64,000 nucleotides of DNA from Candidatus Kapaibacterium sp. (lineage in GTDB: Bacteria; Bacteroidota; Ignavibacteria; Kapaibacteriales; UBA2268): positions 2,976,001 through 3,040,000 of the forward strand of contig OY761611.1 in assembly GCA_963664875.1 (NCBI GenBank), given 5' to 3'. A program made the translations under genes and the position numbers. Below are positions 20,621 to 30,516 of this stretch, one piece after another (positions within the stretch are counted from its first letter, which is position 1; each line of letters starts with the position of its first letter). The notes beneath the pieces are model-generated. The model was not told where the DNA came from and did not search any database. It saw only the letters and a list, made by a program, of their open reading frames with translations.

Positions 20621-21373
20621 CTATAAGTCCGGAATGCGGTTAAAGAAATTGTAAACTTTAGGCATTTCTTTTCTGGATTTAAGTTCCGCGGGAGTGCCTT
20701 CGGCGATTATACCTCTTACAGATTTGTCCAACATTATTATCCTGTCGGATATACTCAGGATACTATCCAAATCATGCGTTACAATTACCATAGTTGAACC
20801 AAGCGAAGAGTTCAATTCTTTTATTAGTTTGTCAAGGGAAGCTGAGGTTACAGGATCTAAACCCGAAGAAGGCTCATCAAAAAACAAAATATCGGGATCT
20901 AAAGCAAGAGCCCTTGCAAGTGCTGCTCTTTTTTTCATACCCCCACTGATTTCTGATGGGTAATGTCCCTGAAAACCGTCCAAACCCACTGCCGCCAGCT
21001 TCATTCTGACAAGATTGCGAATATCTTCTTTACTCAAATCCGTATATGTTTCAAGTTGGAGTGCTATGTTCTCCTCTATTGTCATCGAGGCAAATAAGCC
21101 GGAGAATTGGAAGAGTACACCATATTTTTTTAGTATATTTTCCCTGACCTTACCTTTAGCAGTTACTAAATTGTTTCCTGCCACAAGTATTTCGCCGTCA
21201 GTCGGGGTTTCCAAACCTATAAGCTGGCGAAGAAGAGTGCTTTTACCGCAACCACTGCCGCCTACGATAACAAAGATTTCTCCCTTTTTCACCGAGAAAT
21301 TTACGTTTTCGAGGATTACCCTGCCATCATAAACTTTTGAAAGTGAATTGACCTCTATGATTGCTTGACTCAT
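20621..21373 (-). CDS. mlaF: MlaF/Ttg2A-type ABC ATPase
   Basis: Walker A GGSGCGKS, ISGGMKKRAALARA, FFDEPSSGLDP. Confidence 0.88.
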   Translation of the reverse strand: MSQAIIEVNSLSKVYDGRVILENVNFSVKKGEIFVIVGGSGCGKSTLLRQLIGLETPTDGEILVAGNNLVTAKGKVRENILKKYGVLFQFSGLFASMTIEENIALQLETYTDLSKEDIRNLVRMKLAAVGLDGFQGHYPSEISGGMKKRAALARALALDPDILFFDEPSSGLDPVTSASLDKLIKELNSSLGSTMVIVTHDLDSILSISDRIIMLDKSVRGIIAEGTPAELKSRKEMPKVYNFFNRIPDL

Positions 21374-22503
21374 ATATTCAGCACCTGGAAGATAAATGTG
21401 AAAATTGCATCTGTGAATATAATAAGGAAAACACCGGTTACCACGGAAGCTGTTGTAAATTTGCCGACACTTTCTGCACCTCCGGTTACCTGCAAGCCTC
21501 TATAACATCCAATCGTAGCAACAAGAAAACCAAATATAATTGACTTTATCAATCCGCTGACAATATCACCTATCCCGACTGCAAGCTGCAATTCATTGAG
21601 ATAGCCGGAGATGGTGATGTCTAATGTGCTTAAAGCAGCAATTAATCCACCGCCAATCCCGGCGATGTTGCAAAGCATTGTCAGCAGTGGCATTGCAAGC
21701 GTTACAGCAAGCACTCTTGGTAGCACAAGAAATGAAATTATATTATAACCCATAGAGTTAAGAGCATCGATTTCCTCTGCTACTTTCATTGTGCCGATTT
21801 CCGCAGCAAACGCTGAGCCCGACCTGCCCGCTACAAGTATTGCAACCATAAGCGGGGATAGCTCCCTAGTGATGGAAATACCCACAAGGTCAGCAATGAA
21901 TATATCGGCACCAAACTGAGCAAGTTGGACAGCTCCCTGATAGCCAGATATCAAACCGATAAGGAAAACAATCAGCACCGTAATCGGAACAGCGAACACT
22001 CCGGCTTTGGAAAAGTGATGAGGGAAATCCTTCCATCTGATTCCGGTTGGTTTAATTATCAATCTTGCCAATCCTGTAATCAGCTCGCCTAAAAACTCTA
22101 TGAAACTGTAAATATCTTTTGCTTTTTGTCTGAAATTGTCACCAATTTCAGCGACGTAGAGATAAAAGGCACTTTTGTCAGATTTTGTATCATTGACTGC
22201 TGCATTTTTTGCTCTGAGAGCATTGACAAAACTCTCAATTTTTTTACTCATGCCTCTTATTTCTAATTTGGCAGAGTTTTCCTGAGCGATAGACGTGAGC
22301 TTGTCCAAATATATCAATATGTACGAATCGAAATCATCAACAAGAGATAAATCAAGCGAAACAGCAGATAAGCCCTTAAGCAAGTGCTTAGGAGGCAGTA
22401 TCTTGTTGCTCTCATAGATAGAGACCTTGCCTTCTAATCTAATAAAAAGGATATTATCTTCCTTTTCGAATTGGACTTTGATTTTACTTGTTTTCTCTGA
22501 CAT
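21370..22503 (-). CDS. mlaE: MlaE-type ABC permease with N-terminal STAS-like domain
   Basis: RELSPLMVAILVAGRSGSAFAAEIGTMKVAEEIDAL, GGAESVGKFTTASVV. Confidence 0.9.
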   Translation of the reverse strand: MSEKTSKIKVQFEKEDNILFIRLEGKVSIYESNKILPPKHLLKGLSAVSLDLSLVDDFDSYILIYLDKLTSIAQENSAKLEIRGMSKKIESFVNALRAKNAAVNDTKSDKSAFYLYVAEIGDNFRQKAKDIYSFIEFLGELITGLARLIIKPTGIRWKDFPHHFSKAGVFAVPITVLIVFLIGLISGYQGAVQLAQFGADIFIADLVGISITRELSPLMVAILVAGRSGSAFAAEIGTMKVAEEIDALNSMGYNIISFLVLPRVLAVTLAMPLLTMLCNIAGIGGGLIAALSTLDITISGYLNELQLAVGIGDIVSGLIKSIIFGFLVATIGCYRGLQVTGGAESVGKFTTASVVTGVFLIIFTDAIFTFIFQVLNI

Positions 22504-22685
22504 AGAAACGCCTATATTTTATGTCGAAATTACGCAGACGCTAAGATTGTAAAACTCCTCATTGCTAAGATAATATAAATTTGGCAAGAGATAAAATTGT
22601 TTTAATATTTTTGTTGTCTGTTTTTTTTATATATTGCCAATTCGATATAAAACATATTTTGTATTACTTTGGCGTTCTTTGATAC

Positions 22686-23291
22686 ATGACACTCGATCTA
22701 AACGAACTGCTGCCAATGAGCAAGACTAAGAAGACAAAAGGCTCGCGTCACCTTGCTCGCGTAAAAGTGCTTCAGGTATTAGTAGCTTACGATGTATGCC
22801 AAACCGAATTGTCTTTGGTTTATTCGCATATAATGAATAGAGATTTTAATCTCATAGACGATGATGAGCAAGCTGCCGAACCTGTGCAGAAAACTAACAG
22901 GATTATGCGTCCGGAAGAAGTATTTGAGTTAGACGCAGACGTTCCCATAGAATGGAAAGAAGATGAGCTGACATTTGCATATTCACTTCTCAACGAAGTG
23001 CTTAACAGACAAAAATATTTAGATGATTTGCTTAGCTCTCTTGCTGAAAACTGGGATCTTAGCCGAATCGACAAAATAGACAAGTATCTGATGCAAATGG
23101 CTGCAGTAGAATTGATGTATTTCCCTGAAATACCTCCTAAAGTCAGTATCAATGAAGCTATTGACATAGCTAAAGACTACTCCTCTGATAAAAGTAGTGT
23201 TTTCATCAACGGAGTTTTAGATGCAATGCTCAATAAACTCAAAGAAGAAAACAAACTCAATAAAGTCGGAAGAGGTCTCATAGACAAATAG
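22686..23291 (+). CDS. nusB: Transcription antitermination factor NusB
   Basis: SRHLARVKVLQ, NWDLSRI, IPPKVSINEAIDIAKDYS, FINGVLD. Confidence 0.93.
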   Translation: MTLDLNELLPMSKTKKTKGSRHLARVKVLQVLVAYDVCQTELSLVYSHIMNRDFNLIDDDEQAAEPVQKTNRIMRPEEVFELDADVPIEWKEDELTFAYSLLNEVLNRQKYLDDLLSSLAENWDLSRIDKIDKYLMQMAAVELMYFPEIPPKVSINEAIDIAKDYSSDKSSVFINGVLDAMLNKLKEENKLNKVGRGLIDK

Positions 23292-23316
23292 ACTATATTG
23301 ATAATTTTATAAAAAA

Positions 23317-23364
23317 AACTCCTTCTTTTAAAGCGTCTTGCAGATAAGAAGGAGTTCTTTTTTT
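23317..23364. terminator. Bidirectional intrinsic terminator
   Basis: AACTCCTTCTT...AAGAAGGAGTT flanked by A- and T-runs between convergent genes. Confidence 0.7.
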
Positions 23365-23388
23365 GAATTTTCAGATTTGTAAGAAAGA

Positions 23389-24675
23389 TTACTTGGGATC
23401 GCGTTTGATTACCACTAAAGTTTTATCATCGTTATAAACTGTGTTAGTAGAAAAAGTCTGAACATCTTCCAGTATTTTCAAGGCAATTTCTTTAGAACTC
23501 AAATCTCCAAATTCTCTGACTTTTTGCATCAGTCTTTCTTCGCCGTAGAGGTCTCCTTCTGAGCTGTGGGCTTCGGTAATCCCGTCAGTATAAAGCACCA
23601 GTATGTCACCCGGCAACATACGGCAGTTTTCTATTTTATATTTTGAATCTTTGATAATGCCAAGCAATCCGCCTGTCGGACCTAACATTTGGTAGCTGTC
23701 AGTGCTCGGGCGGTAATGTATTGGAGCATTATGTCCTGCATTAGCATAAACTACCATTCTGTTGTGAGTCATATTCAATTCGCAATAAAACAAAGTAACG
23801 AAGTCATCATAAGGGAAGGTCTCGCATACAAGATTGTTCAGTCTGTTGAACATGTGAGACAGCTTAGGAACAAAATTCATAGCCATGCGAACAGCTCCGG
23901 TAACAAAAAGAGCCTGAATTGCTGCAGGTAAGCCTTTGCTTACAGCATCTCCTATTAGAATCCCTACACTTTCCTCTTCTGTGTCCTTGCTTTTTATATA
24001 ATCGAAGTAATCTCCACCAACAGCACTATCAGGCACGCAAACCCCGAAGATTTTGAAATCATTGAATTCGAGATAATGTTCAGGCAAAATCCCCCTTTGT
24101 ATCTCAGAAGCTCTGTCGATATCTTTTTTGATTTTAGCCTGCTCGAGCTGAGCGGAAAGGTCACGTAAAGACATCGTAGCAATTGAGCTGATTATGCTTA
24201 GTGTTTCGAAAAAGCTTTGTAGTATCTCGGGTGCATTAAAGCCCAAAACATATTTGAAAAATTTGCCGTTAGGAGTATTGATTATATTTCCTACGCCTGT
24301 TACAGAATAAACTGTGATTCCCTTTGTCTGCAGGAAAGAGTCTGTTTCTTTGTGGAGCTGAGTTTTATTATTGATTAAATCTTTGAGAATCGGGTATTCG
24401 TCCACCGGTAGAGAGTAATTCTGTGGAATTTCCTGAACATTGCCGTACTGATACTGTAAAGTATATGCCATATCGTCAGCACAAAATTCCCAAACTCTGC
24501 CGCCTACAATTTCGAAGCTCCTGTTATCCACCAGCTCCTTAATCATAGATGTAAGGAAATGGACTTCACTTTTATATTCACCTGAAGTGAATTTTTCGAT
24601 GATTTTATAGGTTTGTCTTTGAGAGTAGCTATCGCTGCTCAAACCGGGGTGATGACCTAAAGTTTTAATACTCAT
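23389..24675 (-). CDS. SpoIIE/RsbU-like PP2C serine phosphatase with N-terminal GAF-like region
   Basis: VGGDYFD, IGDAVSKGLPAA, FVTLFY, NAGH, LYTDGITEA, DDKT. Confidence 0.9.
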   Translation of the reverse strand: MSIKTLGHHPGLSSDSYSQRQTYKIIEKFTSGEYKSEVHFLTSMIKELVDNRSFEIVGGRVWEFCADDMAYTLQYQYGNVQEIPQNYSLPVDEYPILKDLINNKTQLHKETDSFLQTKGITVYSVTGVGNIINTPNGKFFKYVLGFNAPEILQSFFETLSIISSIATMSLRDLSAQLEQAKIKKDIDRASEIQRGILPEHYLEFNDFKIFGVCVPDSAVGGDYFDYIKSKDTEEESVGILIGDAVSKGLPAAIQALFVTGAVRMAMNFVPKLSHMFNRLNNLVCETFPYDDFVTLFYCELNMTHNRMVVYANAGHNAPIHYRPSTDSYQMLGPTGGLLGIIKDSKYKIENCRMLPGDILVLYTDGITEAHSSEGDLYGEERLMQKVREFGDLSSKEIALKILEDVQTFSTNTVYNDDKTLVVIKRDPK

Positions 24676-24778
24676 TGTTGTTTCTATATTTTTGGAATGT
24701 ATAATAATAGCAAGAGACGAAGCAATCTGCAATCTCTTTAGATATTTTGCAGAAAATATAAAAAAAACAAAAGAAAGA

Positions 24779-25804
24779 TTATTTACTTCCTTTTGTTTTA
24801 GATTTTTTGTTGTTTCTAATAAAAACTCTGAGCAGGTTTTCTATTTCTTTGGAATTGCCATAATCACCCGTCATGAAATATGCACCGCCTGAGCTTTTGT
24901 TGCCGGAGTCCTGCTCTGTTTCGTGTTCCTGTTTGGAATACATCAAAGTAACTGCGTAAGTAATAAGAAGCGAAAATTCCAATCCCAGAGCAAAAAAGAT
25001 AATAGATGGCTGAGTCGAAGGTATAAATTTCAAACCTCGCAAGCCAATTATTATAATAAGAACTGCCGCACCTACATATACATAGCCCAAGACAGTATTG
25101 CCGTATTTTGCAGTGAAATAGAACCTTAAATAAACTTTTATGTAATCATTGAGAGAAAGAATTTTGGTGAAAATATTTTTTTCACGCCATTTCAAAGCTT
25201 TATGTAGAGTTTTTAAATCCTCAAGATGGAAGCCCCATTCCTCTTCGAAGTCGTGCATATCTCTAAGATTAGCAGTCAGTATCTCCTGAGCCAGTTCGTC
25301 CAAATGCTCGTCCGATTGGTAACCGTATTTAGCCAAAGCAATTTTATCGAGAGTATTAGCAATTTCTCTCTCAATTTTTTGTCTCATAAACCCAAACTGT
25401 TGCGGCAGTAGGGTAGATATAAATACTGAAATTACTAATCCGATAATCAATGAAGGAATCAATAAAGACAAAAGAGGATTGAACCAGTACCTAACTTCCT
25501 GAGGCGTATTGATATAAATATCTATAGCCCAGTTTGTATAATAAGAAGTTTCATGCAGCGAAGCACTACTTTCTTTGACATATTCCACATGTTCGCCTGC
25601 ATTGTAAACCTTACCGTCAAGTCCGGACTCTAATACAGCCTCTACCACAGGAAGCGAAAACAAAAAAGTAGTAATTACAGCCAAAACAAACAGAACGAAT
25701 ACAATAATCATTTGTAAAGTATTGTGCTCTGACAAATCAAAGTATTTTTTTCTTGATTGATTATTCGATTGCATAAGCCTCTCTGTCTCTTCAAAGTCTT
25801 TCAA
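24779..25804 (-). CDS. Four-TM membrane protein whose C-terminal helix pair resembles GldL/PorL
   Basis: TTG start; YVYVGAAVLIIIIGLR...FFALGLEFSLL (see findings). Confidence 0.65.
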   Translation of the reverse strand: MKDFEETERLMQSNNQSRKKYFDLSEHNTLQMIIVFVLFVLAVITTFLFSLPVVEAVLESGLDGKVYNAGEHVEYVKESSASLHETSYYTNWAIDIYINTPQEVRYWFNPLLSLLIPSLIIGLVISVFISTLLPQQFGFMRQKIEREIANTLDKIALAKYGYQSDEHLDELAQEILTANLRDMHDFEEEWGFHLEDLKTLHKALKWREKNIFTKILSLNDYIKVYLRFYFTAKYGNTVLGYVYVGAAVLIIIIGLRGLKFIPSTQPSIIFFALGLEFSLLITYAVTLMYSKQEHETEQDSGNKSSGGAYFMTGDYGNSKEIENLLRVFIRNNKKSKTKGSK

Positions 25805-25862
25805 TATAAGTCTTTATTTCTTAATTACAAATTCAATTCATTTTACTTCAATAAAAAAATAG

Positions 25863-25878
25863 AGCCAATAACGTGCCA
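25863..25878 (-). promoter_or_regulatory. sigma54-type box
   Basis: Minus strand TGGCAC-GTTAT-TGGCT about 60 nt upstream of the 24779..25804 gene. Confidence 0.6.
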
Positions 25879-25991
25879 ATATACCGCATATATAATCTAA
25901 TACGCGATATATTGGCTTGTGGTTCAATTCCCGAAATAGTAAATGTCCATTTTACGGACAAGGCAATTCTCTTATTGAAGTGAATCAACTG

Positions 25992-27272
25992 TTAGATCCA
26001 ATCAGCCGGATTGGTGTACATTGATAGTATGTATATTGCTGTAAATGCAACAAAAAATAATATACCAATGAGTGCAAGTATATTTAGCCATTTCTTTGGA
26101 CGAAATTCCTGTGGAACAAGGCTGCTATTTACAAGCTTATAATTTAGTACTGCATAGATTGGGCCTGCTACAAATGAGACAAATGTAGCGATATCTATCA
26201 GGTAAGTCATGCCTGAAGTGAAAAATTCGATTATAAAAATACTTGCAACAACTAAGGCTAATGTTATGTATAGCTCGATTTTGTCAGAATCTGTTTTAGA
26301 ATTTGGAACTATATTTTTGTAGCAGGCTCCAAGGACTCTTGGATATGCATCAAATACTGTTATTGTCGTAGAAATCATTGTAATGGTTGCAATGGTTGTG
26401 ATTATCGGCAAAGTCCAGTTTCCTAAGGTTTTTGAGTACAAACCAATCAGCTGTGCTGAAAAAGCAACTCCCTGAGCAGAAAATTCTTCGCCCGTGCCGT
26501 ACATTACCAAAGCACCTAAGGCAAGAAAACAAACAGCGAGAATGGCAGTGATGATATATCCAAAATTGAAATCGAACAGAACATTTTTAATATCAGGTCG
26601 ATAGCCGAGTTGCTTAGTTTGCTCTGCTGACCATAAGGATGGCCAGACTGATACTTCAATAGGGGCAGGCATCCAACCCATCAGCGAAATAAGGAACGCA
26701 ATGCCGGCACCGCTTAGCAATTCAGGAGCTACAAAATCAGGCATTGCATTAGAACCTTTTAGCATAGCTGCTATCATAGCAAAAACTGTAGCAAAACTAA
26801 GAATAGCAACCAAATATTTAACTACTTTGTCGAGCATTTTGTATTTACCAAAGAAGAGGAGTGAAAGCGAAACTACATACAAAATGATTAACGAAAATCT
26901 CGTACTAAGTTCGATTCCTGTCAGCACTTTAACAGAATATCCGCTAATAGCAGCAGTTACTAAACTGACTGCCGCAACTGTTATAAACGAAGTGATACCC
27001 GACATGATAAAATAAGTGGTCAGAGCCCATTTACCTAATTTGCGATAACCGTCTATCATATTCTCGCCGGTCGCACCGGTCCATCTTTGAGCAAATTCGA
27101 AAAACGGATATTTGAAAAGATTTACTAAGATGACTATCACTATGAGGTTAGACCCATAAAGAGCTCCGGCACGGGTGGATTGCACCAGATGTGAGACTCC
27201 GACTGCGGCTGCAGCAAAAAGCAAGCCCGGTCCTAAAGTTTTCAGTAATGATTGTTTTGAAGACAGAGTCAT
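25992..27272 (-). CDS. NRAMP/SLC11-like divalent metal transporter
   Basis: LGPGLLFAAAAVGVSHLVQSTRAGA, KYPFFEF, LMGWMPAPIE, about 11 TM helices. Confidence 0.85.
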   Translation of the reverse strand: MTLSSKQSLLKTLGPGLLFAAAAVGVSHLVQSTRAGALYGSNLIVIVILVNLFKYPFFEFAQRWTGATGENMIDGYRKLGKWALTTYFIMSGITSFITVAAVSLVTAAISGYSVKVLTGIELSTRFSLIILYVVSLSLLFFGKYKMLDKVVKYLVAILSFATVFAMIAAMLKGSNAMPDFVAPELLSGAGIAFLISLMGWMPAPIEVSVWPSLWSAEQTKQLGYRPDIKNVLFDFNFGYIITAILAVCFLALGALVMYGTGEEFSAQGVAFSAQLIGLYSKTLGNWTLPIITTIATITMISTTITVFDAYPRVLGACYKNIVPNSKTDSDKIELYITLALVVASIFIIEFFTSGMTYLIDIATFVSFVAGPIYAVLNYKLVNSSLVPQEFRPKKWLNILALIGILFFVAFTAIYILSMYTNPADWI

Positions 27273-27402
27273 AATTCAAATCCAAAGCTATAAAATTAGA
27301 ATTTTGTTAAATTACAGCACAAAGCGGAATTTTACAAATTAAGTTCTCTGTATTGCAATCCGCGATTGCTTAGGAGCATTGAGTTGATAATTGGAGTAAA
27401 AC

Positions 27403-27431
27403 AAAAGTAGAGAATACTTATTATAATCTCT
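27403..27431. repeat. 29-bp direct repeat, copy 1
   Basis: AAAAGTAGAGAATACTTATTATAATCTCT, identical to 29496..29524. Confidence 0.9.
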
Positions 27432-27611
27432 CTTTGTGATGCGAAAGGTAAATGAGAAAACAAATTAGACTGTCAAATTAAAAGGCATGCATGCTGCACG
27501 ACTTTATTTTAAAAGTTTTCTAAAAAATTAGAATTTTGACTTTGCCACAGTATTATATTTATGTATGTTTGTTTGAAATAAATATTGCATGATACCAATT
27601 AAACCAAACAT

Positions 27612-28112
27612 ATGAAATCATTACTAACTTTACTTGTTATTATAATCCTCAATGTCAATCTTTTTGCAAACGAAGGATCTCCACTCAAAACTTACGACAA
27701 AGCAAAGATTGTTTTGACAGACTATAAAAGACAAATTGTACAAGACATTTCCTTATTTGAAACACATATTACTTATCAGGAACCCGTAACTGGAACTCCA
27801 AAAAGTGTACCTATCGAGGATGTTGAGATGATACTTGCAAGAACCGGAAATAGAGCACTTGAAGGAGCAATTTCAGGTGCTGGTTTAGGTTTTTTATTCG
27901 GATGGCGATATGGCCTCTCGCTTGACCGCTCAGAATATGAAAGAACAATGTTGCTTTCTACAGTAGTCTCTGCCGGAATTGGAGCAATAGTAGGATATTT
28001 TCTTGATTCTTTTGACATAGTTTATCAAAACAAAACATTTGATTTTACTTATTCTTCTGCTATTCCGACAATCCATAGTTTACCTATTTTGTCTTACACT
28101 TATAACTTTTGA
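27612..28112 (+). CDS. Hypothetical exported protein with glycine-zipper helices
   Basis: Signal peptide; GAISGAGLGFLFG and SAGIGAIVG. Confidence 0.7.
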   Translation: MKSLLTLLVIIILNVNLFANEGSPLKTYDKAKIVLTDYKRQIVQDISLFETHITYQEPVTGTPKSVPIEDVEMILARTGNRALEGAISGAGLGFLFGWRYGLSLDRSEYERTMLLSTVVSAGIGAIVGYFLDSFDIVYQNKTFDFTYSSAIPTIHSLPILSYTYNF

Positions 28113-28942
28113 GATTTCCAATGAGAACTTCTAAAATATTAATTTGCTTGATAATTACTTTGCTGCTTAGCTCTTGTAGTTCTTATAAAATAAAAAACAA
28201 AGGATCTGAAGATGCAGTTAGAAAAATGAAAAAAATCGCTTTGCTTAACGTATTCATATTTCCACCTTTTGAAACAGAATCAATCATACTACAAACAATT
28301 TATAGTAATATTTATGAAATTCTACCGCAACTGTCACAGTTCCATGCAGATTATGCGGACACAATAGAGACCTATATGGGAGTTAAACTCCAAGAATCAG
28401 CTGGCTTAGAGGTGCTTTACGGAAAAAATCTATATTCTAAACTCACACCTCATATTTTAGATAGCCTCGGAATTAAAACATACACTACTAAACTGAAAGA
28501 TAATCAATACTTTCCGCAACTTGCTATACCTTCACATAGTTTAAACTTTTCGGATTTTTATTATAATATAGGACCAAATTTATTTGAAAATAGAGCGAGG
28601 TTTGAATCCAAAAATGTTGTCTTTTCTAAGCTCTGTGACTATCTGGAAATTGATGGAATCGTTGTAGCATATGTTCGAAGTCAAACAATCGATTATAGTG
28701 TGGTATCTGATGAAGTTCTAAGACAAATGATAGAAAAAGTCATTTTCTATAATAACAAAGGTCAAAAGATTTATACTACCATTATAGAATCTGAGAAACT
28801 ATTTGAGCAAGGAAACGATATAGTTTTTTATAAAGAAGTTATCGACCTATATTTCCCATATACAGATGCTTTTTTAAGGAATCTATTCCGCGATGAATCC
28901 TTCGATGATGTTTTGGAAGAGTATAAAACTAAAGACAAATAG
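28109..28942 (+). CDS. Hypothetical lipoprotein
   Basis: Lipobox LLSSC; likely start MRTSK at 28121. Confidence 0.7.
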   Translation: MRFPMRTSKILICLIITLLLSSCSSYKIKNKGSEDAVRKMKKIALLNVFIFPPFETESIILQTIYSNIYEILPQLSQFHADYADTIETYMGVKLQESAGLEVLYGKNLYSKLTPHILDSLGIKTYTTKLKDNQYFPQLAIPSHSLNFSDFYYNIGPNLFENRARFESKNVVFSKLCDYLEIDGIVVAYVRSQTIDYSVVSDEVLRQMIEKVIFYNNKGQKIYTTIIESEKLFEQGNDIVFYKEVIDLYFPYTDAFLRNLFRDESFDDVLEEYKTKDK

Positions 28943-29495
28943 ACTTTTTTAGTCTTATCTCAACCACATAGATTGCCAGAACAGTTGTAAATACTCAATT
29001 TATAACATAAATCGAATTTTGACTGCCGTTGTCAAGCTGTAAATCTATGTTTAGTAAACAAATATGCTTAAAATCAACGAGTAAAAGCCTGTTGACTTTT
29101 CATGCGAATCTCATTCCTCATAGAGTTAGAATCAGACGTAATATTTTCGGTTTAACTCTATCTATAATAATAGACATTCCCGTATTATCGATATATCTCT
29201 GTGGAAGATGCCAGTAATTTATGATATGTGTAGTACCTTTATCGAGGATTAATCAGCTTTATTGTAATAAAAGTTTGCCTTATACTAAAACAGTTGAACT
29301 ACCTTGTATGCAGTATTTCAGTTGAGCTTGTATGCATGTCAAGTAGCTCTTTTCTACTTCATCTAATACCTGCTCAATTTAAAAGCTAAACTTTATTCTT
29401 TTTGAGTACGCATTATTTTGACGACGGAGTGTTTTTTTTATAATGTCATCATTTTATGTAAATACTTTTTAGTACGGGGGAATCCTTACTGAAAA

Positions 29496-29530
29496 AAAAG
29501 TAGAGAATACTTATTATAATCTCTACTTTT
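29496..29530. repeat. 29-bp direct repeat, copy 2; also the terminator hairpin of the dehydratase operon
   Basis: AAAAGTAGAGA...TCTCTACTTTT with a T-run on the minus strand. Confidence 0.85.
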
Positions 29531-29562
29531 TAAAGAAGTGGGTACTATTGAATGTATTTCCC

Positions 29563-30507
29563 TTAAAACACTAACTTGCCCAGATCTACATTACCACCTG
29601 AAATGATAATCGCAATCTTTTGTCCGGCAAAAAGCTCTTTGTTTTTGAGAACAACAGCAAGAGGTACCGCCGAAGATGGCTCTATTATTATCTTCATTCT
29701 TTCCCAGACTAAGCGCATAGCGCTCTTGATTTCATCATCGTTCGCTGTGAATATCTCATCTACATTTTTAGAGATTATCTCAAAATTCAGCTTCCCGAGT
29801 GAAGTTAATAGTCCGTCGCAAATTGTGTTGGGTTTGACAGATGGTATTATTTCACCTGCTTTGAATGAACGGTATGCGTCGTCAGCTCCTTCAGGCTCGG
29901 CAGCATATACTTTTATGGAAGGATTAATGCACTTAGTAGCAATTGCAGTCCCTGAAAGTAAGCCGCCGCCACCAACAGGAGCTATCACTGCATCAAAGTC
30001 GTGTGCTTCTTCCAATATCTCCATTGCAGCAGTTCCCTGTCCGCAGATGACGTTGTAATTGTCGTAAGGGTGGATAAAAGTATGTCCTTTCTCAGCTATT
30101 ACTTTGTCAAGAGTTGACTCTCTTGCTTCCAAAGTTGGCTCACAAAAAACTATCTCAGCTCCGTATCCTGCTACTGCATCTTTTTTCACCTGAGGCGAGT
30201 TGTTTGGCATAACTATCGTAGCCGGAATCCCACGCATCTTAGCTGCTAAAGCTAACGCCTGAGCATGATTGCCTGAAGAGTGAGTTGCCACTCCCTTCGA
30301 AGCTGATTGATCATCCAAAGCAAAAACGGAATTACAGGCACCTCTAAACTTAAAAGCACCAACTTTCTGGAAATTTTCGCATTTGAAGTGAATCTCGGCC
30401 CCACTTAGCTCATTTATTGTCTTGTTAGTAAGAAGCGGAGTGCTATTAACAAAAGAAGATATACGCGCCTTGGCAGCACGTATATCTGCAAAATTTGGAA
30501 TTTTCAT
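29563..30507 (-). CDS. PLP-dependent serine/threonine dehydratase, serine-racemase-like (fold type II)
   Basis: FKCENFQKVGAFKFRGA (PLP lysine), THSSGNHAQA, PVGGGGL, IISGGNVD. Confidence 0.9.
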   Translation of the reverse strand: MKIPNFADIRAAKARISSFVNSTPLLTNKTINELSGAEIHFKCENFQKVGAFKFRGACNSVFALDDQSASKGVATHSSGNHAQALALAAKMRGIPATIVMPNNSPQVKKDAVAGYGAEIVFCEPTLEARESTLDKVIAEKGHTFIHPYDNYNVICGQGTAAMEILEEAHDFDAVIAPVGGGGLLSGTAIATKCINPSIKVYAAEPEGADDAYRSFKAGEIIPSVKPNTICDGLLTSLGKLNFEIISKNVDEIFTANDDEIKSAMRLVWERMKIIIEPSSAVPLAVVLKNKELFAGQKIAIIISGGNVDLGKLVF

Positions 30508-30516
30508 TTTTAAAAC

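Noticed and set aside
28943-29495. 29029..29217 ORF or a pseudogene in the insert's non-coding tail
   Set aside because: No recognisable coding signal in the frames inspected
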